Shown: one piece after another, positions 20,775-30,413 of the stretch | How the letters are laid out: each line of letters starts with the position of its first letter | How positions within the stretch are numbered: position 1 is the first letter of the stretch | Assembly: GCA_964457135.1 (NCBI GenBank) | Contig: CAYWED010000003.1 | Location: 1 to 39,911, forward strand | DNA length: 39,911 nucleotides | Source of the DNA: an uncultured Muribaculaceae bacterium | GTDB lineage: Bacteria > Bacillota_I > Bacilli_A > RF39 > UBA660 | Direction of reading: 5' to 3' | The notes under the pieces: model-generated | What the model saw: the letters and a program-made list of their open reading frames with translations, nothing else | The model's database searches: none | Told to the model about the DNA's origin: nothing | Position numbers and translations under genes: made by a program

Positions 20775-22901
20775 ATGAATGAAGATATTATAAAAACATT
20801 AGAAAGTACTACAAATATAAGTGGAAATCAAATAAAAGCAACACTCAAATTGTTAGAAGAAGGATGTACTATTCCTTTTATTGCAAGGTATAGAAAAGAA
20901 GTAACTAACAATTTAAATGAAGAAGATATAAAGCTTATTAGTGATGAATATAAAAGAAACTTGAATTTATTTGAAAGAAAAGAAGCAATTATTAAACTAA
21001 TAGATGAAAAGGGACTTCTTACAGATGAATTAAAGAATGAAATAATGAATGCTAGTAAGATGACTGAGGTAGAAGATATTTATAGACCATTTAAAGAGAA
21101 AAAGAAAACAAAGGCTACTGAAGCAATTAAGATGGGACTTGAACCTCTTGCTAAGAAAATAATGAGTTTTCCAACTAGTGGTAATATAGAAAGTCTTGCT
21201 AGTGGATATAATATGGAAGTAGAAAAGGCAGTAGAGAATGCTGGTTATATTATAAGCGAATGGATAAGTGATAATGCTTATTATAGAAAATGGATTAGAG
21301 GATTTATATATAATACAGGTGTAATTAAGACTAAAGTTAAAAAAGATAATAAAGATGAAAATAAAACTTATGAGATGTATTATGATTTTAGTGAAAGTGT
21401 TAAGTATTTAAAACATTATAGATGTTTAGCAATTAATCGTGCTGAAAAAGAAAAAGTAATTACTGTAAGTATTGATTTTGAAGAAGAAAAAGTACAAGAA
21501 TATTTAGAAGGAAAGGTTATAAAGAATAAAGATTCTTTTGTTGTAGATATAGTAAAGAATGCAATTAAAGACGCTTTAAAGAGACTTATTATTCCTAGTA
21601 TTGAAAGAGAAATTAGAAGTGAAGTTACTGAAAGAAGTGAAGAAAAGGCAATAAAGACGTTTGGTAAAAATTTAGAGAATTTACTTTTAACTAGACCTAT
21701 AAAGGGACGAGTTGTTTTGGGCTTTGACCCAGCATTTAGAACTGGTTGTAAGCTTGCAGTAATTGATGAAAATGGAAATTTGTTAGATATTCAAGTAATA
21801 TATCCAAATGAACCTAAAAATGATGTAGTGGGCAGTACAAAAACTCTTAGAACTTTAATTGACAAATACAATATTAAACTTATTGCTATAGGTAATGGAA
21901 CTGCATCTAGAGAAAGTGAGGCTTTTGTGGCTGAAGCGATTAAAGGACTTGATGTTAAGTACATTATAGTGAGTGAAGCAGGGGCTAGTATATATTCAGC
22001 GAGTAAACTTGCAATTGAAGAGTTTCCAGATTTAACAGTAGAAAAAAGGAGCGCTATTAGTATAGGAAGAAGAGTACAAGACCCACTCTCAGAACTTGTT
22101 AAAATAGATGCTAAGAGTATTGGAGTTGGAGAATATCAGTATGATGTTAATCAAAAGAATTTAGGAGAAGAATTAGATTATTCAGTAATGAATATAGTTA
22201 ATAAAGTTGGAGTTAATATCAATACTGCATCTAGAAGTATTTTGAAGTATATAAGTGGTATGAATAAAAAAGCAATTGATGCTATTATGGACTATAAGAG
22301 TAAAGGTATTTTTAACAGTAGAGAGAGTTTACTTAGTGTTAAAGGAATTACAGATAAAATCTATGAACAAGCAATAGGATTTTTAAGAGTACCAAATAGT
22401 GAGAATCCACTTGATAATACTGGGGTACACCCTGAAAACTACAAGGACGCATATACTATTTTAGAGTATTTAGGACTTAATATTAAAGATATTAGAGAAG
22501 ATAATTTTAAAGAAAAATTGGAAAATGTTAGTGTAGATAAAATAAGTAGTGATACAGGAATAAATATATATGTAGTAGAGTCTATAATAAAAGAGTTAAA
22601 AAATCCCGGGCTTGACCCAAGAGACGAGTTAGAGATGCCAATACTTAAGAGTGACATATTAAAAATAGAAGATTTAAGTGTTGGTATGAGTTTAGAAGGT
22701 ACAGTTAGAAATGTTGCTTCGTTTGGAGCATTTGTAGATATTGGACTACATGATGATGCACTTATTCATATTTCTAAGATGAGTAAAAGTTTTGTTAAAG
22801 ATCCAGGCGAAATTGTAAGTGTTGGGGATATAATAAAATGCTATGTAGATAAAATAGATTTAGAGAAGAAAAAAGTTAATTTAAGTTTAATTAAAGGTTA
22901 A
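20775..22901 (+). CDS. tex: Tex family transcriptional accessory protein (S1 domain)
   Basis: EGCTIPFIARYRKE, LGFDPAFRTGCKLA, IGNGTASRE, SEAGASIYSAS, C-terminal S1 FGAFVDIG. Confidence 0.95.
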   Translation: MNEDIIKTLESTTNISGNQIKATLKLLEEGCTIPFIARYRKEVTNNLNEEDIKLISDEYKRNLNLFERKEAIIKLIDEKGLLTDELKNEIMNASKMTEVEDIYRPFKEKKKTKATEAIKMGLEPLAKKIMSFPTSGNIESLASGYNMEVEKAVENAGYIISEWISDNAYYRKWIRGFIYNTGVIKTKVKKDNKDENKTYEMYYDFSESVKYLKHYRCLAINRAEKEKVITVSIDFEEEKVQEYLEGKVIKNKDSFVVDIVKNAIKDALKRLIIPSIEREIRSEVTERSEEKAIKTFGKNLENLLLTRPIKGRVVLGFDPAFRTGCKLAVIDENGNLLDIQVIYPNEPKNDVVGSTKTLRTLIDKYNIKLIAIGNGTASRESEAFVAEAIKGLDVKYIIVSEAGASIYSASKLAIEEFPDLTVEKRSAISIGRRVQDPLSELVKIDAKSIGVGEYQYDVNQKNLGEELDYSVMNIVNKVGVNINTASRSILKYISGMNKKAIDAIMDYKSKGIFNSRESLLSVKGITDKIYEQAIGFLRVPNSENPLDNTGVHPENYKDAYTILEYLGLNIKDIREDNFKEKLENVSVDKISSDTGINIYVVESIIKELKNPGLDPRDELEMPILKSDILKIEDLSVGMSLEGTVRNVASFGAFVDIGLHDDALIHISKMSKSFVKDPGEIVSVGDIIKCYVDKIDLEKKKVNLSLIKG

Positions 22902-22911
22902 GGTGTATATA

Positions 22912-23622
22912 ATGAAAGATGAAAAAGTACCTAATCATGTTGGTATAATAATGGATGGAAATGGAAGATGGGCAACAAAACGTGGTCTTAAAAGAAGTGA
23001 AGGACATAAAGCAGGATACGAAACTATTAAGGAACTTTCAAAAGTAGTCTTTAAAAAAGGTGTAAAAGTTTTAAGTATATATGCTTTTTCTACCGAGAAT
23101 TTTAAGAGAGACGATGAAGAGGTTAATTATTTAATGAATTTATTTATAAAGGGATTTAAAGAACTTAAGAAAACTTATAATGAAGATAATATAAGATTAG
23201 TTTTTTCAGGAAGAAGAGAACCCTTAAGAAAAGATGTTTTGAAAGCAATGGATGAGATTACTGATTCGACTAAAAATAATACAGGTGGAATTCTTAATAT
23301 TTGTCTTAATTATGGTGGACAAGCTGAAATCGTTGATACTACTAAAAAGTTAACCCTAAAAGTTAGTAGTGGAGAAATTGGTGTAGATGATATAGATGAA
23401 GAGATGTTTAGAAAGAATTTATATCAAGATTTACCTCCAATAGATTTGCTTATAAGGACAAGTGGCGAGTATAGATTATCGGGTTTTATGCTTTATAATT
23501 CAGCATATGCAGAGTATTATTTTACAGATATATTATTTCCAGACTTTAATAAAGATGAATTTATGAAAGCAATAGATGATTATAAAAATAGGGATAGAAG
23601 ATTTGGAGGCGTAAAAAAATAG
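22912..23622 (+). CDS. uppS: Undecaprenyl/polyprenyl diphosphate synthase
   Basis: PNHVGIIMDGNGRWA, YAFSTENF, NYGG, DLLIRTSGE.RLS, RRFGG. Confidence 0.95.
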   Translation: MKDEKVPNHVGIIMDGNGRWATKRGLKRSEGHKAGYETIKELSKVVFKKGVKVLSIYAFSTENFKRDDEEVNYLMNLFIKGFKELKKTYNEDNIRLVFSGRREPLRKDVLKAMDEITDSTKNNTGGILNICLNYGGQAEIVDTTKKLTLKVSSGEIGVDDIDEEMFRKNLYQDLPPIDLLIRTSGEYRLSGFMLYNSAYAEYYFTDILFPDFNKDEFMKAIDDYKNRDRRFGGVKK

Positions 23623-23637
23623 TATAATTATATACTA

Positions 23638-23745
23638 TTAACGTAAAAGTCCTCCTAAGGCACTGCCTAAAAAACTTGCTAAAAGGACTACTAAAAATAA
23701 CCAAACTAGTACACGAAGTATTAGTTTTTTTGTTTTCTTTTTCAT
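23638..23745 (-). CDS. 35-aa small membrane protein (DUF4044/Prli42-like)
   Basis: RBS GAGGT; MKKKTKKLILRVLVWLFLVVLLASFLGSALGGLLR*, basic N-terminus plus one TM helix. Confidence 0.6.
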   Translation of the reverse strand: MKKKTKKLILRVLVWLFLVVLLASFLGSALGGLLR

Positions 23746-23810
23746 AATGATACCTCAAATATATTATATAATAGTTTTCATAATTTTTGAAGTAGATAAT
23801 ATACTTTAGT

Positions 23811-24398
23811 ATGAAAAAAATAATTGATAAAAGATTGATAACTATAACCTCAGCAATATTAGTATTAGGAATTATAGCAGGTTTACTTTTTTTAGCATTT
23901 ACAACTAGTTTAGATAAACTTATTATTAAGAAGGAAATTACTGATTTTTTTGAATTGCTTTCTAGTGGTAGTTCTTCTATAGGTGGGGTTTTTACCAGTT
24001 TTAAATATAATATGATTTATATAATATTAATTACTATATCTAGTATTATATATGTCTTTTTCCCACTTGTACTTTTTATAAATTTCTATAAGGGAATGTT
24101 AATTGGTTTTTTAATTTCAAGTGTAGTTATGACTTATAAGGTAAAAGGTGTAATGTATGCAATTTTGATTATTTTTCCACATCATATAATAATGCCTATA
24201 GTTTTAGTAATTTACTCAAGTGTTTGTTTAAAATTTACATATAAATTAATGAGAGGAACTTATAAAAAAGAAAGCATAAATTTAAATGCTTTTATAAAGA
24301 AATTGGGCGTATTATTTTTGATTGCTACAGGAGCTTCTTTAGTTTCTTCTATATTGGAAATATACTTGTGTCCGTTTTTATTAAAATTTTTCGTTTAG
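23811..24398 (+). CDS. spoIIM: Stage II sporulation protein M
   Basis: Multi-TM; KG.LIGF, I.PH, S.LE.Y..P C-terminal motif; SigE-like TCATAA...AATATACT upstream. Confidence 0.75.
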   Translation: MKKIIDKRLITITSAILVLGIIAGLLFLAFTTSLDKLIIKKEITDFFELLSSGSSSIGGVFTSFKYNMIYIILITISSIIYVFFPLVLFINFYKGMLIGFLISSVVMTYKVKGVMYAILIIFPHHIIMPIVLVIYSSVCLKFTYKLMRGTYKKESINLNAFIKKLGVLFLIATGASLVSSILEIYLCPFLLKFFV

Positions 24399-24415
24399 TT
24401 ATTATGCTAGTTTAT

Positions 24416-24444
24416 TTGACAAACTAGTTTTATTTTGGTACAAT
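24416..24444 (+). promoter_or_regulatory. SigA promoter upstream of mnmA (a second TAGACA/TATAAT promoter follows at ~24500-24529)
   Basis: TTGACA-17-TACAAT with TG extension. Confidence 0.6.
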
Positions 24445-24553
24445 ATTATGCACTTAAGGTAAGTTTTGTAGATTTGGATATGATTTTATTTTAAGAACTT
24501 AGACAAAATGCAATAAAATATTGTATAATTTTATTTAGTGAGGCGAACGTTAT

Positions 24554-25645
24554 ATGAAAGTAGTAGTAGTAATGAGTGGTGGAGTAGATAGTGCAGTTTC
24601 AGCATATTTATTATATAAAGATGGGTATGAAGTAATTGGATTATTTATGAAGAATTGGGATTCTAATATTAATGGAGATATAGAAGGTATTACTGATGGA
24701 GTGTGTCCTCAAGAACTTGATTATATTGATGCTAAGAAGGTATGTGATTATTTAGGTATTCCTTTATATAGAGTAGATTTTATTAAAGAATATTGGGATA
24801 ATGTTTTTTCATATTTTTTGAGTGAATTAAAAAAAGGAAGAACTCCTAACCCTGATATTATGTGTAATAAGTATATTAAGTTTGATGTTTTTAAAAAGGA
24901 AGTTAAAAAATTAGGAGCTGACCTTATTGCTACTGGGCATTATGCTAGAAAAGATGGTAATAAAATTTTAAGAGGTATAGATAATAATAAAGACCAAACT
25001 TATTTTTTAAGTCAAGTTAAAGCAAATGAATTTAGTGATGTACTTTTTCCTGTTGGACATTTAACTAAAGAAGAAGTACGAAAGATTGCAAGAGATGCAG
25101 GACTTCCTGTAGCAGATAAAAAGGATTCTACAGGAATATGTTTTATTGGAGAGAGGAATTATCAAAAGTTTATTCAAAATTATTTACAAGGAAAGCCTGG
25201 AAAAATTGTTAATATAGATACTATGGAAGAAATAGGTGAACATAATGGGCTTATCTATTACACAATTGGGCAGAGAAGAAATGTAGGGCTTTCAGGAGAT
25301 GTGAAGCGTCATTATGTATGTGGCAAAGATGTAGAAAAAAATATTTTATATGTAGCTTTTGGAGATGATAATAAGTATTTACTTTCTGATGAGGCAATTA
25401 TAGAAGATATGAATTATATAAGTGATGTGAAACCTACTTTTGCCACTTGTAAATTTAGATATCGTGGGGAAGACATACCTATAGATATTGAGTATATTGA
25501 TGGGAATACTATTAAAGTTAAATATGAGAGTGCTAAAGCAGTTACTCCAGGACAAGCGTGCGTTGTATATTTAGGCAGTGAAATGATAGGTGGAGGAATT
25601 ATAAAAGAAGTTAGAAAAAACGGGGAGAAACTTTGGTATTTATAA
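24554..25645 (+). CDS. mnmA: tRNA 2-thiouridylase
   Basis: MSGGVDS, TPNPDIMCN..IKF, IATGHYAR, KDQTYFL, DSTGICFIG, YTIGQR, AVTPGQ. Confidence 0.97.
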   Translation: MKVVVVMSGGVDSAVSAYLLYKDGYEVIGLFMKNWDSNINGDIEGITDGVCPQELDYIDAKKVCDYLGIPLYRVDFIKEYWDNVFSYFLSELKKGRTPNPDIMCNKYIKFDVFKKEVKKLGADLIATGHYARKDGNKILRGIDNNKDQTYFLSQVKANEFSDVLFPVGHLTKEEVRKIARDAGLPVADKKDSTGICFIGERNYQKFIQNYLQGKPGKIVNIDTMEEIGEHNGLIYYTIGQRRNVGLSGDVKRHYVCGKDVEKNILYVAFGDDNKYLLSDEAIIEDMNYISDVKPTFATCKFRYRGEDIPIDIEYIDGNTIKVKYESAKAVTPGQACVVYLGSEMIGGGIIKEVRKNGEKLWYL

Positions 25646-25667
25646 ATGATTATTGGGGGTATATATT

Positions 25668-26357
25668 ATGGAAGAATTAGAAAATAAAGAATTATGTAAA
25701 ACTTGTGGGAGATGTTGTAAAAAGTCAGGATGTGACTATTATGTTGAAGATTTTGAAAATTTTAAAATAAATTATTTAGAAAAGAAACTTAGAGAAGGTA
25801 ATATTTCTATAGTTGCTGCTCTACATTTTAGTATAGTTAATGGAAAAACTGTACGTAAGCCTTTTTTGTATTTAAGAGCAAGGAATAAGCATCGTGATGT
25901 TGTGGATTTACTATCTTTGAAAACTACTTGTGCTTCTTTGACTGAAACAGGGTGTTCTTATGATTTTGAACATAGACCTAGTGGAGGAAAGTATTTAGTT
26001 CCTAGAAAGAATGGGGAGTGTATTTCATGTGTTGATATGCAAGCAAAAATTTTAGAATATATGCCTTACCAAGATGTTCTAGCAAAATTGGTTAAGAGAT
26101 TTACTAATAAAACAGTTATGGAAAATTTAAGATTTGATGTTATTTCTTTATTTTATGATATTGCTAATAATAATTTTGAAGATGTAAGTAAAGAGGAAAT
26201 ACAAGAAGTTAAAGAGGGGCTCCTACCACTTATTAGTGCTTTTCCAGTAGAAGCAAGCATTGCTAAAAAGATAATAAGTGGTAATATAGGTAATGAGAAC
26301 GTATTAGCATATAAACCAAACACTAGGGGGAATAATAATGGAAGAATTAGAAAATAA
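25668..26357 (+). CDS. YkgJ-like cysteine-cluster (Zn/Fe-chelating) protein, paralog 1
   Basis: CKTCGRCC, CASLTETGCSYDFEHRP; RBS GGGGG; ATG at 25668. Confidence 0.7.
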   Translation: MEELENKELCKTCGRCCKKSGCDYYVEDFENFKINYLEKKLREGNISIVAALHFSIVNGKTVRKPFLYLRARNKHRDVVDLLSLKTTCASLTETGCSYDFEHRPSGGKYLVPRKNGECISCVDMQAKILEYMPYQDVLAKLVKRFTNKTVMENLRFDVISLFYDIANNNFEDVSKEEIQEVKEGLLPLISAFPVEASIAKKIISGNIGNENVLAYKPNTRGNNNGRIRK

Positions 26358-27021
26358 GGAATTATGTAAAAGTTGTGGTGGAAAATGTTGTAAGGCTGGA
26401 GGATGTCTTTGGTTTCCAAGTGATTTTAAAACTATTACATTAGATAGTATAGATGAATTACTAAAAGATGGTAGTTCTATGATTGTTGGCACTCCAAATG
26501 TAGTAGAAAATAGAGGAAAGTTTAGTATTGTTGGAGTATCTTTATCTTTAAGAGCAAGAAATGTTGGAAAAGGTCCAATTGATTTAATATCACTTCCAAC
26601 ACAGTGTGCGTCTTTAACTGAAGCAGGTTGTAAGTTTGATTTTGAGCATAGACCTAGTGGAGGAAAACATTATATACCTTATAAAGATGAGAATGGTGAG
26701 TTAAAATGCCACGAAGATTTTGAAGTTAGAGATATTGAAAAAGAATGGTATGTTCATAATAAAATATTATCTAGATTAGTTAAAAGATATACTGGTTTAT
26801 CTCCTATGGAAGAGTATCGTAAAGAAGTTATAGAGTACCTTTATACATGGCTTACTATGAGTGAAAAAGAAAGAATGAAACCTCTTATAGAAGATTATCA
26901 AGTGGTTACGGATATGCTAGTAGAATTATTCCCTGAAGAGGTGAATGAGTGTTATAAAAGATTGGATGACAGTTCAATTAGAAATTTAAAATATGTAAGA
27001 AAACACAATTTTTATATATGA
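26338..27021 (+). CDS. YkgJ-like cysteine-cluster protein, paralog 2
   Basis: CKSCGGKCC, CASLTEAGCKFDFEHRPSGGK; identical MEELENKELCK start. Confidence 0.7.
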   Translation: MEELENKELCKSCGGKCCKAGGCLWFPSDFKTITLDSIDELLKDGSSMIVGTPNVVENRGKFSIVGVSLSLRARNVGKGPIDLISLPTQCASLTEAGCKFDFEHRPSGGKHYIPYKDENGELKCHEDFEVRDIEKEWYVHNKILSRLVKRYTGLSPMEEYRKEVIEYLYTWLTMSEKERMKPLIEDYQVVTDMLVELFPEEVNECYKRLDDSSIRNLKYVRKHNFYI

Positions 27022-27068
27022 TAATATTTTTGTTTTAAATGTTTGTTTTAATTAAGTAGGTGATTTAA

Positions 27069-28082
27069 ATGGGAATAATTGATAATGTAATAGATACAGT
27101 TTCTGATGCATTAAGATTTAAAGATACAATTTTTTATAAGGAAAGCAATGATTTACAATATAAATATAATGCTTTGAAAAAGTTAAATGATGAGTATCCT
27201 AATAATGATAATTTAAAGGAAGAACTATATATTGTAAAAAAAGGATTGGATGGAGAAAATGAAATATCTTATCAATTAAAAAAAGCTCATATTGGTATGT
27301 ATATATTAAGAGATATTAAAGTTAAGTATGGAGATTTAACTGCACAAATTGACTATATTATTATTACGCCTGTTTATATATATTATGTGGAGTGTAAGAA
27401 CTTAGTTGGAAATATAACTGTCACAGATAAAGGTGATTTTATAAGAAAATTTGATATTAATGGTAAAAAAGTAAAAAAGGGAATGTATTCACCATTAAGA
27501 CAAGTGGAGGCACAAAGAGAAGTTATTAGAAAAATATGGGAAAGTAAAGCATCAAAAATTAAAAAGTTTTTTGCTTCAAAGCATTTTGAGTATTATCGAA
27601 GAGTTTTAGTAGTAGTTGCGAATCAAGATACTATTCTTAATACAAGTCGAGCTCCTAAAGAAATAAAATATAAAGTATTAAAATCAGATGCATTAATTCG
27701 GCAAATAGAATATGATATAAAACATAGAAGTGACGATGAATGTTTTAATTCGAAAAAAAATATGGAAGAGTTAGCACAAACATACATTAATATTTCAGTT
27801 AATGATAATACAGATTATTATGAATTTTATAAAAGTAAATTTTGTATTAATTCTAACATTACTAACAATAGTTTAAAAAATAGGTTAATAGAGTTAGGAA
27901 AGAATAGGTCCAATCAAATGAAAATTCCTGCATATTATGTTTTTACTAATGCAGAGCTTGATAAATTAATTGAAATTAGGCCTAAGACAATTGATGAACT
28001 TAGCAATATATTAAATTCTGTGAAAGTAAAAACTCATGGTGAACAAATAATTGCTGAAATAAATAAAAATGATCATAATTAA
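27069..28082 (+). CDS. NERD nuclease plus HRDC domain protein
   Basis: G.DGE, AQIDYIII, VECKN, SPLRQ; C-terminal IPAYYVFTNAEL..L...RPKT..EL HRDC. Confidence 0.85.
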   Translation: MGIIDNVIDTVSDALRFKDTIFYKESNDLQYKYNALKKLNDEYPNNDNLKEELYIVKKGLDGENEISYQLKKAHIGMYILRDIKVKYGDLTAQIDYIIITPVYIYYVECKNLVGNITVTDKGDFIRKFDINGKKVKKGMYSPLRQVEAQREVIRKIWESKASKIKKFFASKHFEYYRRVLVVVANQDTILNTSRAPKEIKYKVLKSDALIRQIEYDIKHRSDDECFNSKKNMEELAQTYINISVNDNTDYYEFYKSKFCINSNITNNSLKNRLIELGKNRSNQMKIPAYYVFTNAELDKLIEIRPKTIDELSNILNSVKVKTHGEQIIAEINKNDHN

Positions 28083-28295
28083 TATTAAAAACATCCTATA
28101 AATTCTAGTGGAAAATATATGAAGTAATTTTTTAATATATGTTTTCTTGTAATAAAAAAATGATAATAGGTATATTTTGATAGTATAATATTTGATATCA
28201 TTTTCCACTTTACATTAATTTACACTTGACTTGTCAATGTAAAGTGTTGTAAAATATTTTTGTAATATAAAGTAGGAGAGGGTAGAGAAAGAAAA

Positions 28296-29105
28296 ATGAA
28301 GAATTTAAATGACTTATTACAAGAATTAGGAATATCAAAAGTAAAGTTAGCAAAATATTTAGGAGTTTCTAGACAAATGATATATAACTATCTAGAATTA
28401 GAGAGTTTAAATAAATGGCCAAAGGAGAAGAAAATATTATTATTTAAGTTATTAGATATTGAAGATGGTAGTGACGAGGCAATTAGCAATATTAAAGTAA
28501 CTGCAGAATATTTAGAAAATATAGAAACAAGATTAAATCAAAATATTAAAAATAACGAAGGAGGAGATAATTATTTTGATTTAAAAAATCTTAATAAAGA
28601 TGAGCAAACATTAGTAAATGATTTAATTTATTTAATTAAAGAAAAATTTACCGAAGAAAAAAATAAAGATACATATTATGAATTTTTATATTTGTATCAT
28701 GTTCTCCAATCAGTAGATAATATTCCGGAAATTAAGTATATGTTTGCATATTTATCTAAGACTACAGGATTTACTAATCCAATGGAATTTAAGTTTGATG
28801 AAACACCACAATTTATTTTTGAAAGTATAGTATTTACTGCTATGAATTTATATAATAATGGTGGTGCACAAAAAAGCAAATTAATAGCATCTCATGAAAG
28901 ATTTGTTAAAGAGATAGAGAATAATAAAGAAGAAGTTTTAAGTAGGACACAACAGTTAACTACAGTTAAAATACAAGCATTAAGAGAATTAGGATATAAT
29001 GAGATAAATAGTGAAAATGCTCAAGAAGTATTTAATAAGATGGGAGAAATCCAATCAAGAAAAGTTGTTATGGGAGAACGAAAAGATACTGTTAATAAAC
29101 AATAG
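28296..29105 (+). CDS. HTH (Xre-like) domain protein
   Basis: LGISKVKLAKYLGVSRQMIYNYL; palindromic operator upstream. Confidence 0.8.
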   Translation: MKNLNDLLQELGISKVKLAKYLGVSRQMIYNYLELESLNKWPKEKKILLFKLLDIEDGSDEAISNIKVTAEYLENIETRLNQNIKNNEGGDNYFDLKNLNKDEQTLVNDLIYLIKEKFTEEKNKDTYYEFLYLYHVLQSVDNIPEIKYMFAYLSKTTGFTNPMEFKFDETPQFIFESIVFTAMNLYNNGGAQKSKLIASHERFVKEIENNKEEVLSRTQQLTTVKIQALRELGYNEINSENAQEVFNKMGEIQSRKVVMGERKDTVNKQ

Positions 29106-29112
29106 AATTAAC

Positions 29113-29147
29113 TCTTTTATAGATTTTATTTTCTATAAAAGTTTTTA
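29113..29147 (+). terminator. Intrinsic terminator
   Basis: TTTTATAGA/TCTATAAAA stem followed by T run. Confidence 0.6.
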
Positions 29148-29214
29148 TTTATTTATTTAAGAGAAGAGAAGAGAAGTAGAATGATTAGAAATATTTCGTA
29201 TATTAAAGAATAGA

Positions 29215-29242
29215 ACTTAACATAATATATATTATCAGAACT
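29215..29242 (-). other. dif chromosome-dimer resolution site (XerC/XerD)
   Basis: Minus strand AGTTCTGATAA-TATATA-TTATGTTAAGT has the 11-6-11 layout and resembles Firmicutes dif (B. subtilis ACTTCCTAGAA TATATA TTATGTAAACT); intergenic between convergent genes. Confidence 0.8.
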
Positions 29243-29348
29243 TGTAAGTTTTATAAAAATATAGATAAATCCTAATACTTATAAGGCTTTATAAGATATT
29301 TTAATATATGTTTATTTATATAAGACTACTCTATTATGTTAACTTATT

Positions 29349-30101
29349 TTAAAATAATAATAGATTAATTAATACTAATATTAAACCTAATATTAATCCA
29401 ATTATGGTTTGATATTTTTTATTGTATTTATTTACTTCTGGAAGCATTTCATCTATAGCTAGAGTAATCATTATCCCTGCTACAAATATTAAAACAATAC
29501 TTATAGTTATATCACTTATAAAGTTTTTTAGTAATATATAAGCCATAATTGCGCCTAGAGGCTCAGCTAAGCCTGATATAAATGAGTAGAGTAGCCCACT
29601 ACCCCTACTTCCAGTTGCATAGTAAATAGGGACGCTTATAGAAATTCCCTCTGGTATGTTGTGTAACATTATTGCTATTCCTAGACTAATTCCCATTGCT
29701 AAGTCATTATAGGCTGTCATAAATGTTGCAATACCTTCTGGAAAGTTGTGAACCATAAGTGCAATCATACTAAGTACCCCTACCCTATATAAATTGTTGT
29801 TTTTTCCGAGTAGGGTAAGCCTATTATTTAATTTTGTAACTATTATTCTACCTAACATGAATACTGCTAGCCCTAATATTAATGTCCATGCAAATCCATA
29901 TGACTTTACAAGCACTATACAACTTTCAGGAATAAGCTCGAATACTGATAAAGATAACATTACACTTAATGAGAAACTTAATGTAAATGCTAAGAATGAT
30001 TCTTTATTTTTAAATTTTAAGAATACTACTAATCCACCTATTAATGTACTAAGTCCTGCCATAGAAGATATTAAAAGTGGTATTAAAAAATTATTGTTCA
30101 T
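29349..30101 (-). CDS. zupT: ZIP family zinc transporter
   Basis: AGLSTLIG, HNFPEG, HNIPEG, SGLAEPLGA, AGIM. Confidence 0.92.
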   Translation of the reverse strand: MNNNFLIPLLISSMAGLSTLIGGLVVFLKFKNKESFLAFTLSFSLSVMLSLSVFELIPESCIVLVKSYGFAWTLILGLAVFMLGRIIVTKLNNRLTLLGKNNNLYRVGVLSMIALMVHNFPEGIATFMTAYNDLAMGISLGIAIMLHNIPEGISISVPIYYATGSRGSGLLYSFISGLAEPLGAIMAYILLKNFISDITISIVLIFVAGIMITLAIDEMLPEVNKYNKKYQTIIGLILGLILVLINLLLF

Positions 30102-30264
30102 ATAATCACTAATTAATAGTATGTTTTTTGTAGTAAATAAATTCGTAAGACTACTCTACTCCTATTTGTTATATATTACCTGTTAATTTTTTCCACTAAA
30201 AAATATAAAAGTAGTGAATTATTAAAAACATAAGAACCATAATAATAACAGGTGGTGATTAAAA

Positions 30265-30402
30265 ATGGCTAATGCAAGAAATAATAGCAGAAATAGTGCT
30301 AAAAATTCAAGCAGAAATAGTAATACATCAAGAAATAATGCAAGAAAAAATTCTAGAAATAGTGCTAAAAACAATTCTAGAAATTCAGCAAGAAATAAAT
30401 AG
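30265..30402 (+). CDS. 45-aa basic low-complexity repeat peptide, candidate spore small basic protein
   Basis: RBS AGGTGG; MANARNNSRNSAKNSSRNSNTSRNNARKNSRNSAKNNSRNSARNK*; synonymous codon variation across repeats; SigG-like GAATT-17-CATAATA upstream; terminator downstream. Confidence 0.75.
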   Translation: MANARNNSRNSAKNSSRNSNTSRNNARKNSRNSAKNNSRNSARNK

Positions 30403-30413
30403 TAATTATAAGG

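Noticed and set aside
24445-24530. Riboswitch or sRNA between the two mnmA promoters
   Set aside because: Only weak AT-rich pairing and no recognisable aptamer motif
30265-30402. AGAAAT-rich repeats as a CRISPR array or satellite
   Set aside because: No unique spacers; the repeats are in frame with synonymous variation, so they are coding
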